A stretch of 51,311 bases of DNA from a virus (lineage: Duplodnaviria > Caudoviricetes), in IMG/VR virus record IMGVR_UViG_3300027861_000004, positions 1 through 51,311 of that record. One strand, written 5' to 3'. Under the pieces are notes generated by a model. That model was not told where the DNA came from, ran no database searches, and saw nothing but the letters and a program-made list of their open reading frames with translations. This document shows, piece by piece, positions 23,496-33,866 of this stretch (its first letter is position 1; every line of letters begins with the position of its first letter). The position numbers and the translations under genes are program-made.

Positions 23496-26400
23496 TCATT
23501 TTGAGCGAAATGCTCGTTTTTTTGTCATTGTACGGCGTTTTTTCTGCCATTGCTTTTCATATGTTGTACTTGTACTCATCCCTGAAGCATGTGTTAAGGC
23601 ATCAAAAGCATCGATCTCACCAGTAAGTAAACCGACAAGCTGTTGAATCTGAATAGGAATCATGCCTTTTGTCGAATCAATAGCAAAAGCAGGTATCTGC
23701 CCTATATTGATCGGACCACTCTTGTTCTTGCTATTCCACGATACTATCTTGTTTGCCGCCTGTGGATCACCAGAGATACCCATAAGCTCACCAAAGGACG
23801 TAAACCGCCTGTGGGCATAATCAGTGCCTTTCATGGCGTTAATCGCAAATCTCGTCGATACAGAGGCCTTATGAGAGAAACTAGCCCCGGGTTTCATTAT
23901 CCACTTGGCAGGATCCTTAAAGTGACCAATAATCGAGAAATACTTCCGAATGTCCTTTTTGCCACCCAAAGCCTTGTATATCGGAGTAACGTCAACATCG
24001 AGCCATTTCAGATTTCCAGCGTCCCAGGCCTTTTTAAATCTGTCATCATCGTCATCGAATCCAGCCATCAGGAGATTAAATGCGATAGTCGCTGCGACGC
24101 CCTTGCCAATGATCCGTGCCCAGAACAATCGATGCACCTTACCACGTTCACCTGCAGCAAGCGATTGATACATACTTCTGAAATTGCTGATAGTCCAGTC
24201 CGGACCGAGGAAGGCAAGCCTTTGAACATGAACAGCCGTAGGGTTCGCACCCTCTCTTTCGCGGTTTAGACCACCAAAGTCATTATTCATAAGGTTTGCA
24301 ACTTCACCATATATCTCTTCAAGAGTCATCTCTCCGGACTCAAGTTTCGCTCGGTTCGCCTCAACACGTTTTCTTGCCTCGATAATACCAGCCTGCATCT
24401 TCAAAGCAGGTCCGACGTACCCAAACAGGTATTGTTCGTATTGACGTTTTATATTATACAGTTTTTTCCACACCATGTTCCCACTGTTGGCTTTTTCCAA
24501 CAACCACTTATCCGAAGCAGACGGGTCGAAATCAGCTACCCTACCGACCGTCATGCCAGCACGGATAAGATTCCTGGCCTCTGGTGTGAGTTTTCGTATT
24601 GCCTCCATCCCCTGCCGTTGCATCTCGCGAAGATTCCACCCACGTTTGGAGAATGGAGTGTTTTTATCAAAGAATATAGGAACAGAACCGCCTAACCAGA
24701 AAGATCTATAATAGGCCTGCTGATGGAAAAAACTGGTTAAAAGCAGTATATTCTTTGTAATGGCATTGAATTGTGTCAGGAAGTCCACGACCGGCATACC
24801 CTGGAGCTTCGACCTGCGAAAACTATTGTTCAGGTTGTTAGCGATCACTGGGGCTGCATAGAGCGTGTTTGCCACGTAAAGCTGACCGGTTGGGGATATA
24901 AATGCCCTGCCAATGCCAAGGGAATCAGGGTTTATATCAGATGGTCTATGGAGGCCTGACTTGCGATTTCCGTAAGGCTGGTCATATTTAACACGTACAT
25001 ACCACTCTCCATCGATCTCAAAGGAACGCTCAATCTGTCCGGACACATGCTTAGGCTTTCCAGTAGCCTTATCAACACCCACCTTGACGTCTGCATGAGC
25101 ATCTTTCAGCTTGCCCTTTTTATTCCACTTGACGATAGCAGGATGATTGATAGGCTTAAAGCCTCTGCTGCCGGCCTCGGTAATATCATCAGTAATCATG
25201 TTGTTTGTCTCGAGAGCATCCATCAGGAGGTGAGCACGCCCACTGAGAGCAAGCTGATCCATCCCAATCTTCATTGAGGTCGTAACATCGTCCGTCTTGA
25301 GGTTCTTGCCATACGACCAACCCTCGAGGATACCACCCTCTTCGAACTGACGAAGTTTCGTTACAGGAGGATTCAACCCAAACGTCTTAAATGCAGGCTT
25401 TTTAGACTTGGTACCAAAATCCCACGCACGATGAATATAGCTCTTGTACTGCGGAAGATCCTTAAACCACGAATCAGACTTGAACTGATTAGCGAATTTG
25501 TCCTGTATCTTGACAATATCATCAGCAACTTTCTTGAACTTCGAGAACTGAGGATCAGTCTTGATACGTTCAGCAAGATCAACAAGCCCACGCTTAGTAA
25601 GATTCAGCTTGTTATAAAACTTGCTAAATGAGTCCGGATAGTTTTGCATGTCAATGTAAACCATCATGGCGGTTGATACGTCTTTCATGGTGACTGAGCT
25701 TTTATCGCCGTTGAGTTTCGTATAATCAAACGTGTCGGTTAGAGAGTAACGTTTCCGGCCGATCGCATTCGCAAGTGCTTTCTGAACACTATGTAGTGAG
25801 TTGTTTATCTCTTGACGGTAAAGCTCGAGTTCACCATAAAACGAATCCAAAAGCTCACGCCCCAGGATCATTTCGCTATCAGCAAAGTTTCCGTAACCTG
25901 CTTGCTGTAATATTTTGTCGAGATGCGGCTTAACACGACGTTTCCATGCAGCCGGATCCATTGTTTTCTTCTGAAAATTGATATTAGGACTAGATGAATC
26001 GAAAGTTCCTTTGTTGGATATTGCAGATTTAATCTGAGATGACTCAAAAACTACCATTTCATAAGAGCCAACCGCTTCTTCGCCAACAATCACTCCATCA
26101 TACCCTTCGGCCTCTAAAGCCTTCAGAAACTCAGGAGATTTATTGAACAAACTAGGGTGTTGCATGATGTGCTTCGGATTCTGAATAGAAAGATAGACTG
26201 GCTTGATTGCAGATCCTGGGGGCTGTTCTAATTCGTCATTAAAGGTATAATCCTCTGCATGGTCAGGGTCATAAGTAAAATGAAAACCCATATCTCCGTA
26301 TCTTTCAATGCCTTGTTCCCATGTGGCAGGGTCGAATTCGTCGAAATTCGCTGTTTTAGTTCCATGGTATACAACAAGTGGATTGCCTTGCCTATCAACG

Positions 26401-29400
26401 ATTTTACTGTTACGGAACCACTCCTTGAATTGAGGTGTGGATATCTGTTTTTTCTGAAAGAATGGCTGAGATGGGTTTGGCGTGAAGTTTAGATCACCTT
26501 TGTTATTAGCTGCAAGATTATTGTCAGCATTAAACTCAGCACGGCTTTCATAAGTATCAGCCTCTTTGTGAAGTATCTCAGCTTTCGTAGCACCAGTAAT
26601 GAATGCCTTAGCAATAGCAGCACGAATCCTTAGCAAATTATCAACAGCACCATAGACGTTAGCTTCGGCTCTATGGGCGGCGACAGTGATCTCTGGCCTA
26701 TTTAAACTCCCACTGTCAATAACCCTATCAAACTGCCTGAACTTGCCATGTATTTCGTCAATCATCCGACTAGTGCCTTCAGCAGCATGACCAATAAAAG
26801 CAACGGGATTTGTCGTTACAGGACTACGCTCTATAATATTACGCCAGAACTTCGTATTATTCGCATTGTGCATGATATAATTAGGAAGTAATTCACCAAG
26901 CGTATTATTCTGTTTTGCGTTCTGATAGAGGTAGTCAAAGCGATTATCCATAAGGCGTAACATCTCGACAAGATTGTCATAACCATGTTTGTCGATATGC
27001 TCAAGCCTGTGCGTTATTTCATGTATAGTAATCGATTGCAATATCTCCGCTTGGCTTACATCGCCTTTTGATGTTTCATCACTAAGAAAGACAAGTCCCA
27101 TGCCGCCAGCCATAGCAATAGTCCCATCGGTCCCAGATAAAACAGCACCTCTAGCACCAACTCTTGCGGTAGTTTTGAAAGGATTGTCGTCAGCAAGTGT
27201 TTCACGATTAAGGCTATATAGAACTAGCTTGTCACCAAAGACACGATTAACGAGACTTGCAAGGCGTTGCTCAAGCCCAGTCTTTGGACTTCTAAAAGTA
27301 ACTGCATCGGCAGCAGCTTTTAAATGTGTCTCGAAATTATCATCGCCAACGAAATGCTGACCTCGAGTAAATGCAACAGCAGTGGCGAAACCGCGAGACT
27401 CGAGGAAGTCGCTTTGTGCTTTACTAAGGTTATTATTAAACCCTTTCTTGGGATGTATCTGGAACGCCTTATCAAACTTCTTTTGGACCTGCGGAGGCAA
27501 GCTCGGAAGTTCCTCTTTGAGCTGTTCAGCATATTCAACTTCAAACTGAGGGTTTGTGATACGTGCAGGGTCTAACTCTTTGTTCTTTTCAGTAACAAGT
27601 TCATCGCCAAACTCATTAACTTTCATAAAGTCACGGTCAACAACGTCACCTCTTTGGCGAGCCTCGTACTGTTCGTCAAGAGTTAGCTTGTTAAAGTCCT
27701 GCACATCCTGTCCGCTAAGTGCCTTATCGCTTGTTTCGTTAATGATCTGACGAAGACGTTTGATCTCGACAGAATATGGATCCGTAGTCTGCTCCCACCC
27801 TTTTCCAAACTCATCGTTCATCTTTTCCCAGGTACGCTCAGTTAAACGAGAAACCTGACCAAGGCGATTTAAGCCTGTACTCCGATACCATTTTCTAATG
27901 TCACGTGGAGTAGCCCAAGCAACACCAGTTCGTTCGCCCTGTACTCGAGCATGAGGACTTGCAAAGGCACGTTGCTTATCTGCAGGCTTTGGAGCAAAAG
28001 CAGACTTCTCACGCTGATGTGCATCTTTGCCAGCTTGATTAGCAATGGCATTGCTTAACCATGCACGTATGTTCTTGGCACGCTTAGAGGCTGCAGGGTG
28101 TTCTTTATACCACTGTGCAGACTTATTGTATATATCACTCCAATCCCTGCCAAACGTCTTATCTGCAGCATCAAACACTTTTCTGAGAGCATAGCCGGCG
28201 GCGTCCCTCGAAAGACCGTGGTTCTCCATAACCCTGTCTTCGATCGCCATATAAGTCTTTGCCGGCATCTGCTCTGCAGGAGGTCGATCCTCAACCTCAC
28301 GTTGATTGAATACATCAGTAGTGCCTGTCTCGCTTGGTCTGCCTTTTATGCGTCTGTCAGTCTGGTCGAAATGCCCAAACTCACCAGCTTCATCCATATC
28401 AACTGTAACAAGTGGATCTGTCTTGCCAAGGTCTATCTTAGCCTTGCGAGCTTTCACCTGCTGCTGTGTCGATTCTGCCGTTCGTGCCAATGCTGTATCC
28501 GAGGGAGATCTTTGGCTTGAATCCGTTCGGGTGAAGATATCCCCGCTCTCTACGGACTTCTCTACTGCGACTGGATTCGTAGTCCGGAGTATCCCTGCTT
28601 TCAACCCGTCGTATATGTCTTTTAGTTTCTGCCATGCCTTACCAGCCTTTCCTTCTCTTTGGCGACTCTCAAAGTAATATGCAGGATCCTCAGCGACGCC
28701 CTGTTCACCTTTGCGAGTTTTCTGTATTGTTGTTAATTCTTCTTCGGTCATCAATGTTTCAGCGAAGTGGTAAACCTCATGACTAAGCGTGCTCCTGTCA
28801 GCTTCAAAACCGTCAAGGTCGACGATAGCGTCAACTTTCATCGTATCGCCAGTCTCCATGTTAGTCACTTCAAACACACTACCCCGAGTAGTCCTGCCAG
28901 CAGCAACCTCGTCTATCCCAATCTCAGCCTGTTCTTCTTCCGAAAGCTCAATTCCCTCATCATGAATATTGAACGCAACAGTTTTATCGCCAGGGAACTG
29001 CACTACAAATTGATCCGGACTTGTCTGCTCAACAGTAGCACCCATCTTTTCGTAACGTGCCACGAAATCGTCCATGGTGACGCCAGCACTCGTACCCGTA
29101 TGTCTTGCCGCCCCAGTCTCAACATTGGCATATTCGCCGACAGCAATATGCTCAGAGACTTTCTTGCCAAACGCATCAGCAACTCCACTTGACGGAGCTG
29201 TACTGTTTCCGTATATGTCAGTAACGTCCTGAATCGAAGCATCAATAACAGCACCAGCCTGTTCTTTGGTCAGGTTAGAACTGTTCATAATATCGTTGAC
29301 GATCGATTGACGAACAGAAGTGCCGCCTTTTATCTTGTTAATGACACGACCTGCACCACCAACGCCACCAGTAGCAAGCGTAGTGGTAAGAGCAAGTAAA

Positions 29401-30305
29401 CCCTCTTTCGCTCTATCGTCAACAAACTTCCAGATCCCATCCTTGAACACATCTTCGTCCATGACGATCTTTTGTGTCACATCACCCCAAGTACCCTGTG
29501 CCATTTCTTCAAGAGCTTCTTTAACTGCAGTCTGTCCCATCATAGGCAGGAACTTGCCGCCATTATCGGCCAATGCCCTTGTCAGGTTTCTAACACCAAG
29601 ATTCTTAACGCCAGTCCTGTTAATTCCAAGCAGTCTCATTCCCTGTTTAACCTGAAGCATCTCGATTGCAGTAGAAACAGTACCATAGATATTGCCAGCC
29701 CACAAAGCCTCTTCGTCAGTAGCACCGGACGCAAGTGCCCTCTGTACCGCCTCTTGACGTTCTAAGCCAAATATGATAGTTGCACCAACAGAAGGAGCAC
29801 CCATAGCCATAGAAACGCCACCAGCGATCAACTGAGGTGCATTCGAGACAACACCGCCCAATAAGGCCTCTGGACTCGAAGCAAGGTCAGTGAACTTCTC
29901 AGGAGACTGATAAGCCCAGTCCGGGTTATTAGTGTTAATGCTTTCGATACCGGCAGCCCATTTATCTGTCAGAACACGAGGGTTCAGTGCGTGAAGCATT
30001 TCCTTGCCGGCACTGTAGTAAATGTTATTCTCATTAACGCCAGTCAGCTTACGAAAAGCAGAATCATAAGTCTCAAAAGCCGCACCCGGCAACTTCGCCA
30101 GTCCAGCACCAGCACTAACCGTAGCAGAACCAAAATAACCTATCTGTTTCTCCATGCCAGTAGGCTCATGAGTGAGGATAGATTTCGCTCTACCGGCAGT
30201 ACTTCCACCTTGACGCTTTCGAAAAGTAGAAAGCATCTTGTCACCAAAGTCAGGTGTATCTGAACTTTTGTGTTTTTCAAGAAGTTGCTGTGAGAAGTCG
30301 GCCAT
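23496..30305 (-). CDS. Large polyvalent internal-virion/ejection protein with an ADP-ribosyltransferase-like domain and two HExxH metallopeptidase motifs
   Basis: 2269 aa; LVVYHGT...GFHFT...VYLSIQNP...GYDGVI...E.VVF..SQIKSA; SHEVYH; IHEITH; Gly/Ala-rich hydrophobic N-terminal region. Confidence 0.8.
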   Translation of the reverse strand: MADFSQQLLEKHKSSDTPDFGDKMLSTFRKRQGGSTAGRAKSILTHEPTGMEKQIGYFGSATVSAGAGLAKLPGAAFETYDSAFRKLTGVNENNIYYSAGKEMLHALNPRVLTDKWAAGIESINTNNPDWAYQSPEKFTDLASSPEALLGGVVSNAPQLIAGGVSMAMGAPSVGATIIFGLERQEAVQRALASGATDEEALWAGNIYGTVSTAIEMLQVKQGMRLLGINRTGVKNLGVRNLTRALADNGGKFLPMMGQTAVKEALEEMAQGTWGDVTQKIVMDEDVFKDGIWKFVDDRAKEGLLALTTTLATGGVGGAGRVINKIKGGTSVRQSIVNDIMNSSNLTKEQAGAVIDASIQDVTDIYGNSTAPSSGVADAFGKKVSEHIAVGEYANVETGAARHTGTSAGVTMDDFVARYEKMGATVEQTSPDQFVVQFPGDKTVAFNIHDEGIELSEEEQAEIGIDEVAAGRTTRGSVFEVTNMETGDTMKVDAIVDLDGFEADRSTLSHEVYHFAETLMTEEELTTIQKTRKGEQGVAEDPAYYFESRQREGKAGKAWQKLKDIYDGLKAGILRTTNPVAVEKSVESGDIFTRTDSSQRSPSDTALARTAESTQQQVKARKAKIDLGKTDPLVTVDMDEAGEFGHFDQTDRRIKGRPSETGTTDVFNQREVEDRPPAEQMPAKTYMAIEDRVMENHGLSRDAAGYALRKVFDAADKTFGRDWSDIYNKSAQWYKEHPAASKRAKNIRAWLSNAIANQAGKDAHQREKSAFAPKPADKQRAFASPHARVQGERTGVAWATPRDIRKWYRSTGLNRLGQVSRLTERTWEKMNDEFGKGWEQTTDPYSVEIKRLRQIINETSDKALSGQDVQDFNKLTLDEQYEARQRGDVVDRDFMKVNEFGDELVTEKNKELDPARITNPQFEVEYAEQLKEELPSLPPQVQKKFDKAFQIHPKKGFNNNLSKAQSDFLESRGFATAVAFTRGQHFVGDDNFETHLKAAADAVTFRSPKTGLEQRLASLVNRVFGDKLVLYSLNRETLADDNPFKTTARVGARGAVLSGTDGTIAMAGGMGLVFLSDETSKGDVSQAEILQSITIHEITHRLEHIDKHGYDNLVEMLRLMDNRFDYLYQNAKQNNTLGELLPNYIMHNANNTKFWRNIIERSPVTTNPVAFIGHAAEGTSRMIDEIHGKFRQFDRVIDSGSLNRPEITVAAHRAEANVYGAVDNLLRIRAAIAKAFITGATKAEILHKEADTYESRAEFNADNNLAANNKGDLNFTPNPSQPFFQKKQISTPQFKEWFRNSKIVDRQGNPLVVYHGTKTANFDEFDPATWEQGIERYGDMGFHFTYDPDHAEDYTFNDELEQPPGSAIKPVYLSIQNPKHIMQHPSLFNKSPEFLKALEAEGYDGVIVGEEAVGSYEMVVFESSQIKSAISNKGTFDSSSPNINFQKKTMDPAAWKRRVKPHLDKILQQAGYGNFADSEMILGRELLDSFYGELELYRQEINNSLHSVQKALANAIGRKRYSLTDTFDYTKLNGDKSSVTMKDVSTAMMVYIDMQNYPDSFSKFYNKLNLTKRGLVDLAERIKTDPQFSKFKKVADDIVKIQDKFANQFKSDSWFKDLPQYKSYIHRAWDFGTKSKKPAFKTFGLNPPVTKLRQFEEGGILEGWSYGKNLKTDDVTTSMKIGMDQLALSGRAHLLMDALETNNMITDDITEAGSRGFKPINHPAIVKWNKKGKLKDAHADVKVGVDKATGKPKHVSGQIERSFEIDGEWYVRVKYDQPYGNRKSGLHRPSDINPDSLGIGRAFISPTGQLYVANTLYAAPVIANNLNNSFRRSKLQGMPVVDFLTQFNAITKNILLLTSFFHQQAYYRSFWLGGSVPIFFDKNTPFSKRGWNLREMQRQGMEAIRKLTPEARNLIRAGMTVGRVADFDPSASDKWLLEKANSGNMVWKKLYNIKRQYEQYLFGYVGPALKMQAGIIEARKRVEANRAKLESGEMTLEEIYGEVANLMNNDFGGLNREREGANPTAVHVQRLAFLGPDWTISNFRSMYQSLAAGERGKVHRLFWARIIGKGVAATIAFNLLMAGFDDDDDRFKKAWDAGNLKWLDVDVTPIYKALGGKKDIRKYFSIIGHFKDPAKWIMKPGASFSHKASVSTRFAINAMKGTDYAHRRFTSFGELMGISGDPQAANKIVSWNSKNKSGPINIGQIPAFAIDSTKGMIPIQIQQLVGLLTGEIDAFDALTHASGMSTSTTYEKQWQKKRRTMTKKRAFRSK

Positions 30306-30307
30306 TA

Positions 30308-31771
30308 CTAAAATTTACCTCCGGATCCGGGAGCAGTTCGTTTATCATACAATTCTTTGCCTTTGTCAAGCCAACGTGGATCCTCAAAACTCTTATGCTT
30401 AAACCACTTGGAGTTTCTAAACTCATTCTTGATTGCAGATATTTGCTTAGGAGTCATATACTCACTAACTTCATCCAGCATCCTATTCATGGAATATTCG
30501 TAGACATTGCCTTGGTAACGTCCAGATGAAACTGCAAGTTGAGCTTCGCCGCCCATGATCTCCTGGAAGACAGTATGCATGGCATTTCTTTCGGAATCAC
30601 TAACCCCTGCAGCACTTGACATAACATCGATCGAAACACGAAGTTTCTGCATACCCGGACTATTCTCTGGGTTATTGTACGTAAACAATGGCTCAGGTAT
30701 CTCATGCCTATCCATAGAGTCAGGCTGAAGCCACGCTCTATCCTTTTGGGATTGTTTGATAGACCAAGATTCAATCTGTGCTTTGATCATGTCCTGTATC
30801 TCAGGTTCGATCTCGTCGATACTCTTAGCACCTTTGGCAGCACCGCCACCACTTCTAAGGTAATCGTTAGCCATAGCATCGTAAGTCTCAAGGTAACTCT
30901 GACGTTTAATATTAGGACCAACCTTAGGACTATGAGCCTTGTTAAGCAAAGCAGTAGTCTTTAACTGTGAACTGTCAATCCACGACTGCGAAACTTCACT
31001 ATTTGCAACATTCTTAGCAGTAAGGTTTGATCGTTTTATTGCATTGTCAATCTTGTCATTCGAGAGCGAACGTTGGAATTTAGCCAACTCAAGATTAGAG
31101 GTATTGCGTTTTGTTATGGCATTATACGTTGAAAGACCACGTTGATATTTCGCATCAAGCTCCGCAACGGTAAGCCTACGATTGTTCTGCTCGTTGACAA
31201 TACCACGCTGATCTTCGCCTGATTCAAAGGCAGCACGCCTATGATCTATCACATCGCCAGTGTTCTCGTTCGCGAGACCCATAGCATCGAGTCGTAAAGG
31301 ATTTGATTCTTTTACAAAACCAAGGTTCTCTCTCTTTAGATCAGCGTCTAGATTAGCACCTGCAACAACAGAAGGCTGTATCAGTTTTCCAGTACTAAGA
31401 GCAAGCTCACTTTGCTCGTTGCCAATCTCCTTCCCTTTCACACCCGCCTCCATACCTCGGTCAACAATTCCGCGTCTACGCTTATAGTCGTCAATCTGAA
31501 GCCCAGTCAATTCTGTCTTCTGATCAAACAAGGTACTTTCTCTGGCATGCCTGGCAGCTCCAGTAAGCATACTAAACTTCTGACGATCCTCAGCCATCGC
31601 TATCATACGACCGCGATAGTTATCGTCTTTTAACGCACTCTCTTTCCTGAAGGCAAGCTCTTTGTTGTAACGAACCTGTTCCTTCGCCATCTGCATGCCC
31701 TGTAGATAAGCACTCAGAAAACCCTGTGAAGCAGAGATACCAGCACGTCCGGCGTTTCTTAAACTTGACAT
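30308..31771 (-). CDS. Putative internal virion/ejection protein
   Basis: Helical, coiled-coil; lies between the tail genes and the large ejection protein. Confidence 0.6.
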   Translation of the reverse strand: MSSLRNAGRAGISASQGFLSAYLQGMQMAKEQVRYNKELAFRKESALKDDNYRGRMIAMAEDRQKFSMLTGAARHARESTLFDQKTELTGLQIDDYKRRRGIVDRGMEAGVKGKEIGNEQSELALSTGKLIQPSVVAGANLDADLKRENLGFVKESNPLRLDAMGLANENTGDVIDHRRAAFESGEDQRGIVNEQNNRRLTVAELDAKYQRGLSTYNAITKRNTSNLELAKFQRSLSNDKIDNAIKRSNLTAKNVANSEVSQSWIDSSQLKTTALLNKAHSPKVGPNIKRQSYLETYDAMANDYLRSGGGAAKGAKSIDEIEPEIQDMIKAQIESWSIKQSQKDRAWLQPDSMDRHEIPEPLFTYNNPENSPGMQKLRVSIDVMSSAAGVSDSERNAMHTVFQEIMGGEAQLAVSSGRYQGNVYEYSMNRMLDEVSEYMTPKQISAIKNEFRNSKWFKHKSFEDPRWLDKGKELYDKRTAPGSGGKF

Positions 31772-31788
31772 TTTTTATATCCTTAAAT

Positions 31789-32634
31789 CTAACCTAACTG
31801 TTTATTGAAACTACGCATCCCAAGCATCTCGACTGCACCGCCAAGAGCATCACCTCTCTGGATATCCCTCCATTGCTTAAAGCCGGACTTTGCTACATTC
31901 GACTGAGCAACCAACAACGGAGTCTGATTCTCAAGAGACATTATATTCTTGCCTTGGTTCAGAGCATTGATAAGATTCTCACGCGTCATGCCTGAACGCC
32001 ATTTAGAGCTTGCAGTACCACCTTCAAAGTTCTCGTCAGCCATACTCAAGATACCACCAACATTAAGACCTCCGGTAGTGCCATACTTGCTTTTAGAGCC
32101 AACGCCGGCACCTATATTGCCCATAGCACGTCGTGTCGATCCGTAAGACTTCGCAAACCCACCAATGATAGGAGCAGCAATGTTTGGATCTATATAGCCA
32201 TCCTTGGCTTTAGTATAGTCATCCTGACTCTTTTTATGTAAGGCTGTTTGACCTTTTTGAGCAGTCGGAGAAAGTGGTATCTTGTCAGCAGGAGCATACC
32301 CCGAACTGGATCCACCACCGAATGCCTGAGCAATATTCATTCCAGCACCAGCCATCGACATTGTATCGAACAATCCTTTACTGCCAAGCAACCCTTTATT
32401 GACTTGTGCCTGTGCTCCCTTAGACGCAATACCAGAGGCACCACCAGTAGCATTCGCACCACCAGAGACACCACCTATAGCAGGCCCGGCTGCAGTACTA
32501 GCACCGTACATGCCACCACCAACACCACCAACGATCGCACCTGTCATAGGAGCGTCATCACTCCATCCCCAATGGTCTTTACCGACAGAACCAACTAAGG
32601 CTCCAACGCCCATACCTATTAACACTGGCCACAT
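31789..32634 (-). CDS. Gly-rich DNA ejection/pilot-like protein
   Basis: Glycine-zipper N-terminus (GMGVGALVGS...GAIVGGVGGG). Confidence 0.6.
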   Translation of the reverse strand: MWPVLIGMGVGALVGSVGKDHWGWSDDAPMTGAIVGGVGGGMYGASTAAGPAIGGVSGGANATGGASGIASKGAQAQVNKGLLGSKGLFDTMSMAGAGMNIAQAFGGGSSSGYAPADKIPLSPTAQKGQTALHKKSQDDYTKAKDGYIDPNIAAPIIGGFAKSYGSTRRAMGNIGAGVGSKSKYGTTGGLNVGGILSMADENFEGGTASSKWRSGMTRENLINALNQGKNIMSLENQTPLLVAQSNVAKSGFKQWRDIQRGDALGGAVEMLGMRSFNKQLG

Positions 32635-32635
32635 A

Positions 32636-32830
32636 TTAACCTCGCATTTCTTGAAGCACCTTGCAGTAAGGCTTGTTTAATTTCCAGTCTGTGACTCTGC
32701 ATATCACTGGTCTTTTGTTGTAAATCTTGCATTTCTTCGTTTCCTTGTCGTAATGCTCACATTCTTTACCAAGCACCTTTAGCGGTAAAATCTCGCAACA
32801 AGCACCGCATTGCTCGCATCCATCAGCCAT
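32636..32830 (-). CDS. YkgJ-family CxxCxxCC metal/Fe-S cluster protein
   Basis: CEQCGACC...C.HYD....KCKIYNKRPVICR; TAATG coupling at 32830. Confidence 0.85.
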   Translation of the reverse strand: MADGCEQCGACCEILPLKVLGKECEHYDKETKKCKIYNKRPVICRVTDWKLNKPYCKVLQEMRG

Positions 32831-33492
32831 TAACCACCAGCCATCATCTGGCCATACTTCTGACCGGCAGAAACCCATCCAGCACCAGCACCGAAACCTG
32901 CGGCAACATTAGAATTAAACGTACCGTACTGCTGTTCGGTTGAATAGTTTTGAGCCTGCTGCTGGTTATAGATACTCAATATACTTGTTCCCATCCTACG
33001 CGAACCCGAGACAAGATCTGTCATCATTGCAGTGCCAAGGTCTTTGTCTTGCGTGTCCTGGTAATCATACTGTTTTTTTGTTTCATTAACAGCAGTACGA
33101 TAGGATCTGTCTAATGTCTCATCAGTGAACTGTTTTACACGCCTATCACCAGACTTGACATTACGACTGATAAGCCCACCTGAAAATTGCTTTGTATCAG
33201 CATATGACTTCTCATATGAATTAAGTTCATTGCGAAGATTCCCAGCCTTAACGCCAGCCGGCAACAACCCCTGTCCGGACAATAATCGATTAGCAGCACC
33301 GTAGGACACACCCTCCCAGTACTTACCCTCGGCAGACAGTGACGGCTTAGCAGGTGGCTTGTATTCGTCTTCGGAACTACCACCACCACCGTCAAATCGA
33401 CGGAAAGGATTTTCCCAGAAACTATTTACATCAAACTCTAATCTATTATGCATTTTTCCATTATCCGTTTCTCGCTCATTTTTAAACCCCAT
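32830..33492 (-). CDS. Putative ejection/internal virion protein
   Basis: GGGGS linker near the N-terminus, Gly-rich C-terminus; podoviral position; start uncertain. Confidence 0.55.
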   Translation of the reverse strand: MGFKNERETDNGKMHNRLEFDVNSFWENPFRRFDGGGGSSEDEYKPPAKPSLSAEGKYWEGVSYGAANRLLSGQGLLPAGVKAGNLRNELNSYEKSYADTKQFSGGLISRNVKSGDRRVKQFTDETLDRSYRTAVNETKKQYDYQDTQDKDLGTAMMTDLVSGSRRMGTSILSIYNQQQAQNYSTEQQYGTFNSNVAAGFGAGAGWVSAGQKYGQMMAGG

Positions 33493-33866
33493 TTCCTTGC
33501 GAAAGTTTTCGGGGTTCGAGTAGTTTGCATTTCAAATTTCGTAGCACCTTTTTTCCTAAGCCAATCTTCTGCTTGAGCAAGCATAGATAGTTTGACTTCT
33601 TTATTAAGTTCTCCATCGTGAACAGCAATAACTATATACCCAAGCTCAGGATACAGACCGTTCGGAGCTTCAGCGTGTATGTATCCATGCAGCTGACCTT
33701 TATTATCATAAGTCCCAAACAAAGCAACTCGGCCATGCGGGAGAGTATTGCGAATATATGATACATATGCATCAATATCTCTTGTACTGTCTTTGATATG
33801 CTCAAGCAAACCAAGGATCTGTATTATCACTAAATTGTTAATAAATTGTATTTGTTCTATAATCAT
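33438..33866 (-). CDS. GNAT-fold protein of the virion module
   Basis: AEDWLRKKGATKFEMQT.R...FARKWG; standard slot before the ejection genes in podoviruses. Confidence 0.65.
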   Translation of the reverse strand: MIIEQIQFINNLVIIQILGLLEHIKDSTRDIDAYVSYIRNTLPHGRVALFGTYDNKGQLHGYIHAEAPNGLYPELGYIVIAVHDGELNKEVKLSMLAQAEDWLRKKGATKFEMQTTRTPKTFARKWGLKMSEKRIMEKCIID

